Source: Nymphaea colorata (Eukaryota). Taken from it: 64,000 bases of DNA. The notes under the pieces are model-generated. The model was not told the origin of the DNA and did no database searches. It saw only the letters and a list, made by a program, of their open reading frames with translations. Positions 36,782 through 48,929 of the stretch are shown here, piece by piece (position 1 is the stretch's first letter; each line of letters begins with the position of its first letter). A program made the position numbers and the translations under genes. Where the stretch lies: NCBI RefSeq assembly GCF_008831285.2, contig NC_045138.2, forward strand, positions 32,612,001 through 32,676,000. Direction: 5' to 3'.

Positions 36782-38310
36782 AGTCCAATTGGATGAATCT
36801 GGATTTGGTAGTCTCGCTTCTCAAAAATCATAAACTCATACATCAAAATGTAGATATAATAAAATGTTCTTGCTGGAGATGTCGCGGTGGATTACTGGAA
36901 TTGAAAGGTCACGATGCATACATGACAAAGAATCAGCAACATCATTTATGATATTCACCCTCTTTGTCCAATCTAATCCTTCAGCCTTCTTCATTGTTGC
37001 TTAGTATGTTTGCCAAGCTTCATTTCTCTACATATTCATGCACTAAGAATGAGCAATAAGGATGCTTACAGAATCCATGGAGCTTGATTATGTTTCTATG
37101 GCGAACTTCCGTCAATGCTTTAATCTCATTTCTGAAGCCAAAGTCCGTGTACACTTTGATTGAACTTCTTGACAGCCACTATTTATCCTGTGGGGAGTTC
37201 AACTCTGTAGACGCTAGCATGACCCCCCTGTACCAATAACATATTCATCACTGAAATCCCTTGTAGCATGGACAATATCCTCATAAGTAAGTTCACTGTC
37301 ACAGTTCCATATGGAGAAGAAATCATTTCTATGGCATGTTTTGGTCATGATTCTCCTCTTGTTTCGCCTTCTCCACTTTGCTTCTTGACAGAATTTGCAA
37401 GTTCCAGTAACAAGGAACAGAAGGATGAGGACTGCAGCAACTTGAGTAACAATAGCCTTCAATGTTTTGACTTGAGTAACAAGTTAACTCTTCCACATAA
37501 ACCAAGATTACCGATAAATGAGTTTTTAGAAGCATTCAGGAAGGCAGGGTTTGTTTGCGAGAGGACCTTTGAGACTGTTAAAGGACAAATCAACTGATAT
37601 CAAACTAACCATTTTAGCCAAAGATGATGGGATTGTACCTATTAACTTGTTATGGGAAAGATTGAGCCTCTCTCTAGATGATTTAATTCGCATGTTGCGG
37701 CTAACATCTAGCAGCGGGGATAGTCCTGCCAAGTTTCCTAACTGAGAAGGACTTGTTCAGTTTAAGCTGTTGTTACTCAGCTTCAATCGGATCAACCTAT
37801 TCCGAAGCGCTTCAGGTATTAGTGTGCTAAGGTTGTCGGATGAGAAATCAACAATTACAAATTTTTTAACTTGCCAATCTCTGATGGTATTCCACCCGAT
37901 ATATGATTCTTGCACATATCTATCTCTAACAAGAACGAAAGTTCCCTATTCTTCTTGGAATCTCTCCTGTTATGTAATTGGCAGAAACGTTTATTACCAC
38001 CAATCGTGTCATTTGAAATTTGGACCTGGAATCTTGCTGGTGATGTGGTTACTACAGAAATCCATTGATTCAAGACTGTGACATCCGCTCCACTGAAATG
38101 TTACCACTAGGTTGGTTCGCACTTAAAGTGAGTGTATATAAGCATGCACAATTCCCCAAGCTTTCTGGTATTGATCTAGTGAAGTGGTTGTTGTAAGCAG
38201 AAAAGTGGATGTCCATGCCACCCTTACATATTCCTGATGGTAAAGAACCGAAGAGATTATTCAGTGAAGGGAACAACAGGCCTAGACTCGTCAGATTATT
38301 GTTCATTTGC
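36782..38310 (-). pseudogene. MIK2-like LRR-RLK pseudogene (distal LRRs, TM, kinase N-lobe to DFG)
   Basis: Colinear with 24962-26640; [37 protein letters not shown]; many deletions, frameshifts and stops. Confidence 0.9.
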
Positions 38311-38747
38311 TGAGCGGCCTCTGTCTCAACTGGTAAGAGAAAGTCGTTCAGAAATGAAAGCGCGCTGTCGAAGGCAACCATGCTATCGCGGTACAAGTGC
38401 TGCGGCTAGGATAAGACAAGAGATTATGGCCGTCGTTTGGACTGGGGCAGGCGGGCAGCCTGAACTTGTGTGTAAGCATATCAAGGGTGAGATGGGTTTC
38501 TCTGTACATTTTAATGCTTTTCATTAATGATGCTTTTGTAGAAATGTTTTGTTGAAATTAGGCCTTTTTGTAATTTTTCAAATAATAGGGTTTATTTTTT
38601 ATCATAAAAATAAAGGGGTGATTCAGAACTCGATCAATCACCTCTTAGCTCCCTCCCATAGTGTCCCAGCAGGTTTCTTTGTCTTGTCTGTGTACTGTAA
38701 TTCTAGTTTATTGCTTCATTACTTCAGCGAAACATTTAATTATGGAA

Positions 38748-38801
<54 letters not shown>

Positions 38802-39229
38802 GCCTCTGGTGAGGAATTTAACAATTTGAGTAGGGTAGCTTGAGTAATTTGCCGATTCCATAAAATTCATCTCGGAGGAGTGGCATGACCCATGCACGTA
38901 TAAGGTGCAATGTGTCAAGATCTTAGAGTTTCATTAATTGCAAAACTTGGTTTTTCTTTCCCGCTAGACCAAGTTATATATATTTCTCTTAATTTCAGTT
39001 CTCCTGATTTAACAATCTGACCTTGTGAAAACAAGGTAATGAACATTACCATGATCGAGAGTTGTGAGCTGATCAGGATTCAACGGCGCCAATAAGTGGT
39101 GACTCATAAGCAAATAAGGCAAGCAATTAAATGATGATGTTTTATTTATTATCAGTTCATTCAAAAAAATAATTTCAAATAGCTCTAGGCGGCCTGCTCA
39201 TGTACGTAGCAAGGAAGTAGTAGCTTGCA

Positions 39230-39415
39230 GATAAGTTGGGGAGCCAAGCAAAGCTCTTTATAATTAAGGGGCAAATGGGCATGGTTCCCGGCTTTACACC
39301 CAGCACCCAAAAGCTGTCATGTCACTCGTCTACCATCTTCGGCAACCAACTGAACCTTGTATGCACTTGTCCCCACGAAATTATGGCAGTAGAACACAAA
39401 ACACAGTGATGGCAC
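39230..39415 (-). pseudogene. BURP C-terminal remnant
   Basis: VFYCHNFVGTSAYKVQLVAEDGRRV / HDSFWVLGVKPGTMPICPLIIKSFAWLPN, with an internal deletion. Confidence 0.8.
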
Positions 39416-40857
39416 GGCGTTTGCAGAGTTGCTGTGGGAAGACGGAAGCGAGCCGCTGGCTTCCGGCAGGTGGGATGGCGCCCACTGGCAGTCCCTGGAG
39501 CGTGGATCTCACTAGCTTTTCGAGCAAAGGGAATTGATGGACGTGCACTTACCAGGAAGAGAGTCGAAAGTGAGAAGAACGAAACCAAGTCCGCCATTGA
39601 AGGCTGCAACTCAAGCTTGGCCAAATACGGAGAAGGAGGCCGCAAATGTTTGCCCCTTTTTATATAGGCTAATACTGAGTTTTCCTCCCTTTTGCCTAAG
39701 ATATATAGCGAAAAATATTAAAAAGGCTCTAAGTATTGTTCGTAATAGAGTTTATATGTTGAAAAGATAGCGATAAAAGTTAATGGTACATGAGCGTAAG
39801 GAGCCGGAAGCGGAGAGTTAATTCGTCTCTTGTTGGTATTTTAAATATGAGCACGACATTGTTGACCGAGCACGTGCACATATCTCTCTCTCTCTCTCAC
39901 ACACACACTTGGATGCCATGAAGGCGGTAGGTCGGGCCACCGGTGACCTCCCCATACAAGAGAAGACCCACTTTTGATATAATTTTTATAATAAAATTAC
40001 TAAAATGCCACCACCTCGTTCTTGTGTGCATATTTGTTGACTACACAAAAGAATAAATCTTGAGTAGTTAGGTATATCATTTAGGAAAAGATGTAAAAAA
40101 AAAAAAAAAGGGTGGAATAGGGTACACCCATCCCATCAGCTGAGTATTGCAATTTGGTTAAGGAAAATAATACTCAAAGAAATCAAACCTTAACACGCTT
40201 TCTAATTTCCCTCACTTTTTTCCACCTTTCACTTTCTCATCTTTTGGACTTTTCAGCGATTGTCCTTTTCATCCCAAAATTGGAAGTTTTTTAGAACTAT
40301 ACATCTCTTGGGTTTCATGGATACCAAAACCTTACACCAAATTCTGATATAGTTATGAAGTGGATTCAAATTTTCTGAGATCCGAATAATGAGAGTCCCG
40401 ATAATCTACTACTATTGTCACACTAACATGAGCATTTTTTCTTTAATTTACAAGTGTTTGCATCATTTGAAAAAAAAAAAAAAAAAAAGTCACCCATGCC
40501 GATACGTGACTTGCTTGGTTAAGCGCCCCATTTTGGAGGGGTAAAGTTTTCAGAGAAGTAATTGCATTTTTTACAACTTTTTCAAGTTAATTGTATATAG
40601 TAGAGGTTCGCATATACGATATATAGAATCCAACATTAACTTTAATCAAGTTTGCATCTCCATGGGCGTCAGTGGTGCATGATGTCTTTAATGCAGAGCT
40701 GCATATGCTTCTTGTTGCTCATTTCCCCTTTTCTCCAACTAAAACCTTATACAAGTTTGTGCATCGCCAACCAGCAGCTTTATTCAAATGGCACTTTACG
40801 ATTTTGTACATCGAAGCAGTACTTGCGCTTCTAGACCTTCATCATGATGCGTCCTAT

Positions 40858-41124
40858 TCTTTACACACTGTCTTCAAAGAGATTGAAGAAGAAAAGACTT
40901 GTTTTACGAGTATTGGAAAGATGCCGAGAAACAGCACGTTTGATATACGTTGATATATGTGTCCATATGACCGCAAGTTTGGCTACAAAAAAGCACTTTC
41001 TCTGCCTCTTGGTCCACTGGAGCTGATATACGTTGGTCCAACATATCCCAGAGTTTTTCATCCATCCCTTGCTCTCTGTGAGAACAGCAAAAGATGATAG
41101 TTGCTGCACAGGATGCCTTCCCAT
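40858..41124 (-). pseudogene. Remnant of MIK2-like RLK exon 2 (kinase C-terminus)
   Basis: MGRHP..QLSSFA.LT.. / [23 protein letters not shown] / [21 protein letters not shown]; frameshifted copy of 24447-24717. Confidence 0.85.
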
Positions 41125-41743
41125 ATTGGGACATCGATCCTTGAGTTGGGGATCATTGATCAGTCGATCAGTTCACACCGACTGTCAAATTAATTTGACG
41201 GAAGAAGTTGCTTTTGCCTTTCTTCTGAGAATGAATTCGGACATACGCAAAGACTATAACAGTTTATTTGTAAGAACAAGATTTTAGATGTGGGGTAATT
41301 AACTTGTCATATTTTGGAGAAAAGATATTGAACATGTCTTCTCTATATGTCATGACAAAGAAAGGAACAATAAATGGAGATATTTACAAGTAACCGCTCG
41401 AACCTTTGACATGTTTATAAATCAAGGAACATTGGGGGTGGTTCAATCCCATGCACAAATTCAAGAGGCAGACCGGCTCCTTTTCTCAGGGGAGGAGCTT
41501 GGTGTGGGCTACATGTGGGCAACTGCCCACACGAAACCCAAAAAAAATCTTAATTTTGTATTGCTATTTCTGAATAATCTTTTTCACTTACATGTTGGTG
41601 CCTTAAAATTTAAAATTTTATATTTATGCTCCTTAGTCTGAATTTTTTTGGCTTTGCTCCTGCTCTTTCCTCATGGTGAAACCTTAACCACCCCGACTGG
41701 CGGAAGAGCGGGAATTAAATTTTACCTTAACCCCCCTCCACCA

Positions 41744-42347
41744 TAAGGCTGGGCATCGGGCCGGCCTGACCCGTTAAAAATGAAAAAATCAAAGCCCGGC
41801 ATTCAAAACGGGCCGGGTCGGGCTTTGAGGCGGGTTGCTACTTGCTAGCCTCTAGCTCACTCAAAAAATGAGCACGAACGTAAACCATGTGCGCTTAATA
41901 GAATAACAAAAACAAGAACAACACCAACCAGTAGAAAGTAGTCCTCTGGAGGAGTACTCGATGCAACCGATGATGAAGCAAGTAGAGTAGCTCTGCGATG
42001 GCGGCGACCGACGGGAGGACCGGAGGAGGCAGCCAAGGGGCGACGGCCAATGAGGAAGACTAGAGGAGGCAGTCTCGAGCTCGCGGCGATGAAATTTCTT
42101 AATGAAACGAAAAGAGGAAAAGAAAACCTAACCTATAACCATAAGTTCCTAATTCTCTCAGTTCATTTTTTTTAAAGAAAGAAAAAAAAATCATGTCAGG
42201 CTTATCGGGCCGCCACCGATCACAGTGGCAGGCCCGGGCCGGGCCAAGCCCGATAAATTTGGCCCGAAAACTTTTTTGTCAAGGCCCGGGCCCGGGCCCG
42301 TAGCGGGCCGGGTACCCGGCGGTGGCCCGGCCCGGTGCCCAGGCTTA
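41744..42347. mobile_element. Non-autonomous hAT-type element (604 bp)
   Basis: TIR TAAGGCTGGGCATCGGGCCGG / CCGGCCCGGTGCCCAGGCTTA; 8-bp TSD CTCCACCA; GGCCC-rich subtermini. Confidence 0.88.
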
Positions 42348-44582
42348 CTCCACCACATCCAATCAAATATTTACTTAAATCCAAATCCAATGGAATGAAA
42401 TTTCTAATCTGATTTGAGTTCTTAATTGAATATTAAACTTTTTTCTTGTCTGATTTCTTCATAAGTAGTACGGTCAGATCTGTGGGATTTGTTGACATCC
42501 CTAGGCCAAAATGAATGAACGGCACCATAGGTAATAAGCAAATAGTATTTGAGGTGCACCAATATAATTATATAAAATTAGTGTGCAAACAGATGAGGCT
42601 AACTGATATGTAAATAAATAGATTGCGTGGGACTGTGTAGGCAACTGCCCACATGTGGCTTCAGCTGTTGATGCGTGCCTCATTATCAAACATATAAACT
42701 ACCAATTTCCAAACTTCCATACTCTATGTTTCCAACGCTACATGAGCATATATAAGTTCAGACAATAATTTAACTTAACCTTAAGATCTTACATTTGGGC
42801 AGATGGGCATACAAGGGGGACCCTTTGTATATTGGAAAGCTATCACACAACAACTAAATAGGGCGAGAGTTGCATCAAGTATTTTTATTTGATGCTTACG
42901 ACACAGCCGGCACATACTAAGGAGGTAGCATGAAGGTCAGTTGGAACGCCTTTTACAATGAAGTGGCAAATACAAACGGCTTTATTTACTTACGATTACT
43001 AACAGCCCACACAGAACTTTTGTGTAGTTTCCAAATGCTTTTTTCTTTTCTTATTATTTTACTGGCCAATTTTCGTGAATTTTTCAATTAAAGAATACGC
43101 TTTTCATGAAGACTATCACGTACAGTTATATGGAAGCGTAATTTTTATTAAGAAATTAAAAAATGTTATCCTTTTTAAATTTATAAGCATAAAAATAAGT
43201 TCAGAATTTGCTTCCCGATCTATCTATACATACGCAAACCAGGCTCAAGCGGGTAAGTAATTCGTCTCGACTTTGCCTTTTCTTCATGCCGGAGTTTCTC
43301 AAACACAGCAACTGCAATAAGTAGCATCGCTACTTCACCTTTCCATAAATCCTACCGCAACGATATGTTCTTCCTATGCTTCTAGGATTATTTGGACTTG
43401 GAATTTACATGGGTATGAAAGCACCGGACTACACCTGCCCCTATTCCGGTGTTGGATGGAAAGGGCTACTTCATTTTGGAGCAATAAATCTAAAACTGCT
43501 GCACCTCCTCTTTCTTCAAATCATGCTCACCCTTAAACGAATCTGTCAGTGTCTGTGACTCACAGATCCAAAACATGAAACAGACAACGACTTGGTGTCT
43601 TCAGTTTTTCCATGTGTTGATGTTCTTCAAAAGATGTCCCGAATATCACATTACATGTTGATTCCTTGAGGTGCTTTTTACACTTGATCAGCTTTATGTT
43701 AGTGACAAATCTGTGCCACAAATATTTCAAGTGAAAAGGGCATGTTTATCCATCGCTATCGGGAGGAAATACGAATCATCATGTGTGACGTGAGGATCAA
43801 AGCATAAATTTGGTTGCATTTGTTAATCTATCTACAGTGAGCTCAAAAATAGGTACCAGTACAAGACCAACTCCTTTATCACCTTAAAAAAATAATTCAT
43901 CACCAAAAATTGTATAATGGTAGTAGGGCACCATCAAAGTATTAAAAGCATAGCTAGTCTGCTTAAGAGCACTGAAAATATGTTTTTTTATGGGTATTAT
44001 TTTTTTTGGATTATAGCTGGTATGTGTGATACTTGAGTCGAAGGGTATATTGTAGTATCATCCAGATGTTGAAGCAGCTTAAACCCTGAGAATGAGAAAA
44101 GAGGGTGACTTCACATGTCATGAACCGCCATTTTTTTTTTAAAAAAAAAAAGATTAGTCATTATATGGCTGACAAGAAGCTATGATAGTACCCTGTTTGT
44201 ACTTGAAAATAATTCAGTGAATCAGCCGTGGCTTTGGTGTGGTTCTTTCAAAATTCCTTCAAATTGAACTAGGTTATTCTCAACAAATATAATCTAATTG
44301 TTTATGTTTATAAAATTATACATTTTTAATTTAAATTTTAAATTTTTTTTTAAAAAAAAACCGATATGTATCGGGTTATGATGTGTCCGATACAGGACTA
44401 AAACCGGACTACGTAGCCTTATCCATGTAATCCTAGATCAAGCCCCTCGTCAAGCACGCGCCCATGGGGGAGCTATAGACGGCCGCTGGGCCTTCGTTAT
44501 TCATGTCCCTTCTTTGCGCGGGAAAAGAGAAAAAAACCCATATAGCTATATAGCGCTGAAGGAGAGGAAGACAAAGACGAAG

Positions 44583-47500
44583 ATGACGGCTCTCTCTAGC
44601 GCCGTTATTGCAATTCCTCCTCCATCTTGCTCTCTCAGATCCCCCAGAGACCGACATTCCGTTCGCTGCTGCTCTTCTGCAACTCCACTTCGCGATCATC
44701 CTTTTGTTCCCAAGGTATGTCCTCAACCCTAATCCTTGCTAGGACTGCTCAAATTACTCATTATTGGCGCCAATGCGATGATTTTCTTGGTTCACGTTGA
44801 TAATTTTGGGGTATGGAGTCGCGGAGTTGGGTATAACTGTATAAGCCTCTAGGCGATGTGAACGTGATTTCTGAACTATGATTTTAATTTCTGCAAATCT
44901 TCGGAGATACTCGTATATTGAGTCTGGAATTACCCTTGTTCTCAATCTCAGCGTTGATTCGAATAATTTGCTACGGCCTTATTAATGAAAAATTCTTCAT
45001 AATAAACCTCATTTCCTGATTCTCGGTACTACATGTGATTTGAAGACTTGATAAACCTTAAGTTGACACGACATTTTGTGTTCATTTTGAAGCTTTAATA
45101 TAAATTTTGTCCCAGGTCTGGATGTATATACGATAGTAAGTTCTGATTCTGTCCCTTAATCCATTACGCTCCATTCTTGCGGTCATCGACCTCATATTTT
45201 CAGAAGCTTGAATCCTGCTGTCCGGAAAATGGGGTGTTTTGGTGATTAAACGTTGAGAGTTTTTGCCTAAATTGATGGTTAGACAACTAGAATTGGAATG
45301 CAATTTTTTGGTACCTGGTCCCTTGGCCGCATACGACATATAATAAGTGGTGCGTTATGTCAAATTGCTTTCGAAGCCTCGGTCTCTTGATTTATGCGTG
45401 ACTATCAGTATTTGTATTTGCAATGATCCAGGTCGCAGAGGCAATAGATGCTCTGTATGAAGAGTTTAGAGCGGTGGACAGCCTGGTAGCTCATAATACA
45501 AGCCGGGTTCTTAAGGCCTATCAAAACGCTAGGGTTGCGTCTCACGTGAGTGACTACTTATGGCTAATTACTGCTTTGCTACAAATGGAATTGTATTCAA
45601 CCTCAACTGTTTTCTGAGTGAATTTTGAATTCATGTATTTCCACTAGTTCCATGACAGAGACTTTTCATATGTGAAGTAATTATCCTTTGAATGGATATA
45701 TACAAATATGTTGATGCATTAAGGATGTTATCTGTTATGTTCCTTATCTTTTTCTGTGGTTGTTTGACTGTGTATACACTACTCTCTGCTGCTGTAGCAC
45801 ATGCTGATGACCCAGCAACTGCATCTATGGTCGGGGAACTTGCTGAAATCTTTTCACTAGACTGCTATCTAATTTTACATTATTTAGTTCTAAGTTTCTA
45901 ACTGAAATTCTTAATGAGACAAAACTAAGAAGTGAAATATCAACTCTGTATAGTCATTTCTTCTTAAAGAAAAAGCTATGTATTGTGATCCGGGTCCAGC
46001 TGAAACATATTATTAAGAAAGGAAAAGAGGATTATTAACCGTGTATTACTAGTAAGCTTGGGTATCTGTCTTATGTGAAGGTAGCAAAAGAAAAGAAGGG
46101 GGGATATGAGATGTACATGCTGATTACTTTTGTGTGTCTGTATTGAAGTTTCTTCTCATTTTTGTGGGTATAATAACAGTGATGTGTCATGGTAAATAAA
46201 TTGCTTTCTGTGGATAGCATTTTGCTGGGTGCACAGGTTATGGTCACGATGAAGCTGGGGGCCGTGAAGCACTAGATAAAGCTTTTGCAGAAATTTTTGG
46301 TGCAGAGTCAGCAATAGTTCGCTCTCAGGTTCTAGGCTATTGCTAATCGTTCATTGGCACATACTAATCCATGAAAGATATGCATGTCAACTTATTGAAA
46401 TTTTCTTCTGCAGTTTTTCTCTGGCACTCATGCTATATCCTGTGCACTGTTTTCTGTTTTAAGACCTGGCGATGAGGTAAACAAACTCAGCTGTACATTC
46501 TCTTCATTGTTGCTGTTCTAGAGTGACTCAAGCTGCTCAACTGAAGCATGCAGTAGAAGAGTTTCATTAAGGTTTTTTGTAACTGTGAAGGCTCTTGTGG
46601 GGTTGACATTCTGATCAGCTTCTTGCAGTTGCTGGTGCCCCTTATGATACATTGGAGGAAGTCATCGGAATCAGGAATAATGGACTTGGGTGTCTGAAGG
46701 ACTTTGGAATTTCCTATCGAGAAGTTCCTGTATGTATTTTGGCTTATTATGGACTAACTGGAACTTTATTTTTCATGGTATTGTTCTTGACACTATGTGG
46801 TGGTTCAGCTTGCAGAGGATGGTGGCCTTGATTGGGACACACTTTCTATCTCCTTGAAACCTCAGACAAGATGTGCTTTCATACAGAGGTCATGTGGCTA
46901 TACATGGCGTCGTTGTTTGAGTATACGGGAGATTCAGCGAGCCATCATGATGATCAAGGTCAGTGTTGTAGCACTGCAGACCTGATTCCCATTGTTGGAA
47001 TATTGTTCTATTTTTAATTTACCACAAGCCAAGAGCTCCATATTCCAATCCAACCAAAGAAAATGCAAATAAAAGGAAACAAGTGCAGTACTAATAGATG
47101 GTTAAAATTTCTTTCTGCTGGCTTGACCTGTAATGCATTACTGCTGTTTAACTTTATTTTACATAAATAAATGCAGAAGCAAAATCCTGAATGTGTGGTC
47201 ATGGTGGATGATTGTTATGGTGAATTTGTAGAAGTTTTGGAGCCTCCAATGGTGGTATGTGCCAGTATCTAGGAATCCTTCATTTGCTGGTTTCTACTTA
47301 TACACGAAATGTGTTACTTGTTGGTGCATAAGCGCATGAAGTAACTGGATTGGATGTCCATATGATTCATAGGGTGCAGATTTAATTGCTGGCAGTTTGA
47401 TAAAGAACCCTGGTGGTACAATTGCACCATGTGGTGGATATGTTGCAGGTAGAAAAAGCTGGGTGGAAGCTGCTGCGGCTCGTCTTTCTGCACCAGGTTT

Positions 47501-48929
47501 AGGTATGGATTGTGGAGCAACCCCTGGTGACATTATGCGGGCACTGTTTCAGGGGTTGTTTCTTGCACCCCAGATGGTTGGGGAAGCAATTAAGGTATGC
47601 TTCTGTACATTTTGAAAAGAAAGATTTTCTTTCATTATATTTCTTATCTGATAATATAGCTACTTGTTACTTAGGGAAGCCTCCTCATTGCCGAGGTCAT
47701 GGCATCCATGGGTTATAAGGTTCAACCACTTCCTCGTGTAGCTCGTCATGATACAGTACAGGTACTCTCTGCTTTCTTATGATATTGAAACACAAGATCC
47801 TTTTTATCTTGTTCCCTTCACCATGTCTCTGATAATGCATGACCCACTTGGATTTCTTCATTTGCTTTGAATGGAACCATGTAAACCTTAATACCCTTCA
47901 TTAGGATTAGGAACTGTCATTCCAGGCAACTGCAAAAGTAAAGCTGCTCCAAGATTTGACTACCAGTAACAGTTTGTTAAAAACCTAGCATGTTTGGACC
48001 GAATGGAATGCTGAAGGTTCTCTGACAAAACCAAGCTCACTTTCATCTCAAATCAAAGTAACAGTTTGTTAAAAACCTAGCATGTTTGGACCGAATAGAA
48101 TGCTGAAGGTTCTCTGACAAAACCAAGCTGACTTTAGTCTCAAATCAAATAAAAGATCTTGAAAGTAGAAAGCAAAAACAAACGAAATCTTCCCCTGCTT
48201 CTCTCCTTTTTGGATATTTTATTTCATTTGAGAATCCTACTGTAAACTAAAGCCCCCATGCTTATTATGTGAACTGTGAGCTTGTTTGCTTATTCCATGC
48301 CAAGACTTCATCACTGGAATATCTAGAGCGGTCTTGGTCAAATGTCTGTCGGCATGAAAAGGTGGCTGTCTACTGTTATGAAAATGTTGTCAATTTGTAA
48401 TCGTACCTGCTCTTCTCAGGCAGTGCAACTGGGGAGTAGAGAACGACTCTTAGCATTTTGTGATGCTGTTCAAAGAAGCTGTCCAGTAGGTTCATATGTC
48501 AAACCCATTTCTGGTACAACTCCTGGTTATGCATCTGAGGTCAGTTTTCTTTTGGAAATGATGATGGTCATGGGCTTGTAGCTTTGGTTTGTCTACACAC
48601 GTTATACACTTCATTTATGTCTAACTGAGTCATGAAGTGATGAAACTCCCATGTCGATAATAGTAACCTCACGTGCTCTGAACTGAATGCATATTGTGTA
48701 TCAGGTGGTGTTTGCACATGGAACATTTATTGATGGAAGCACAAGTGAGCTTTCATGTGATGGACCACTTAGGGAGCCTTATGCTGTCTTTTGTCAGGTA
48801 TCTCAATATTTACATCATTTTGCTCATCCAAACCAGTGCTAATGTTTGTTGCCTGGACGTCTGCAACAGGGAGGCACTCATTGGACTCAGTGGGCGCTTG
48901 TTCTCGGTGAAGTAATAAGGTCTTTGTAG
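44583..48929 (+). CDS. YnbB / aluminium-resistance family PLP-dependent enzyme (methionine gamma-lyase-like), ~446 aa, probable plastid transit peptide; 12 exons: 44583-44714, 45432-45545, 46218-46328, 46414-46476, 46619-46729, 46809-46958, 47177-47254, 47373-47594, 47675-47761, 48420-48539, 48705-48797, 48870-48929
   Basis: Spliced ORF with TGYGHDEAGGREALD, FFSGTHAI, GAPYDTLEEVIG, IQRSCGY, MVDDCYGEFVE, AGSLIKNPGG (PLP Lys) and GTFIDGSTSELSCDGPLREP; all junctions GT-AG. Confidence 0.9.
47965..48148. repeat. Tandem 92-bp duplication in intron
   Basis: agtaacagtttgttaaaaacctagcatg...tctcaaatcaa x2. Confidence 0.9.

Noticed and set aside
41487..41661. Small CAGGGG(C/A)GGAGC-type MITE family (similar pieces at ~42500-42670, ~60008, 62227-62473)
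   Set aside because: Probably real, but TIRs and TSDs are too degenerate to delimit reliably.
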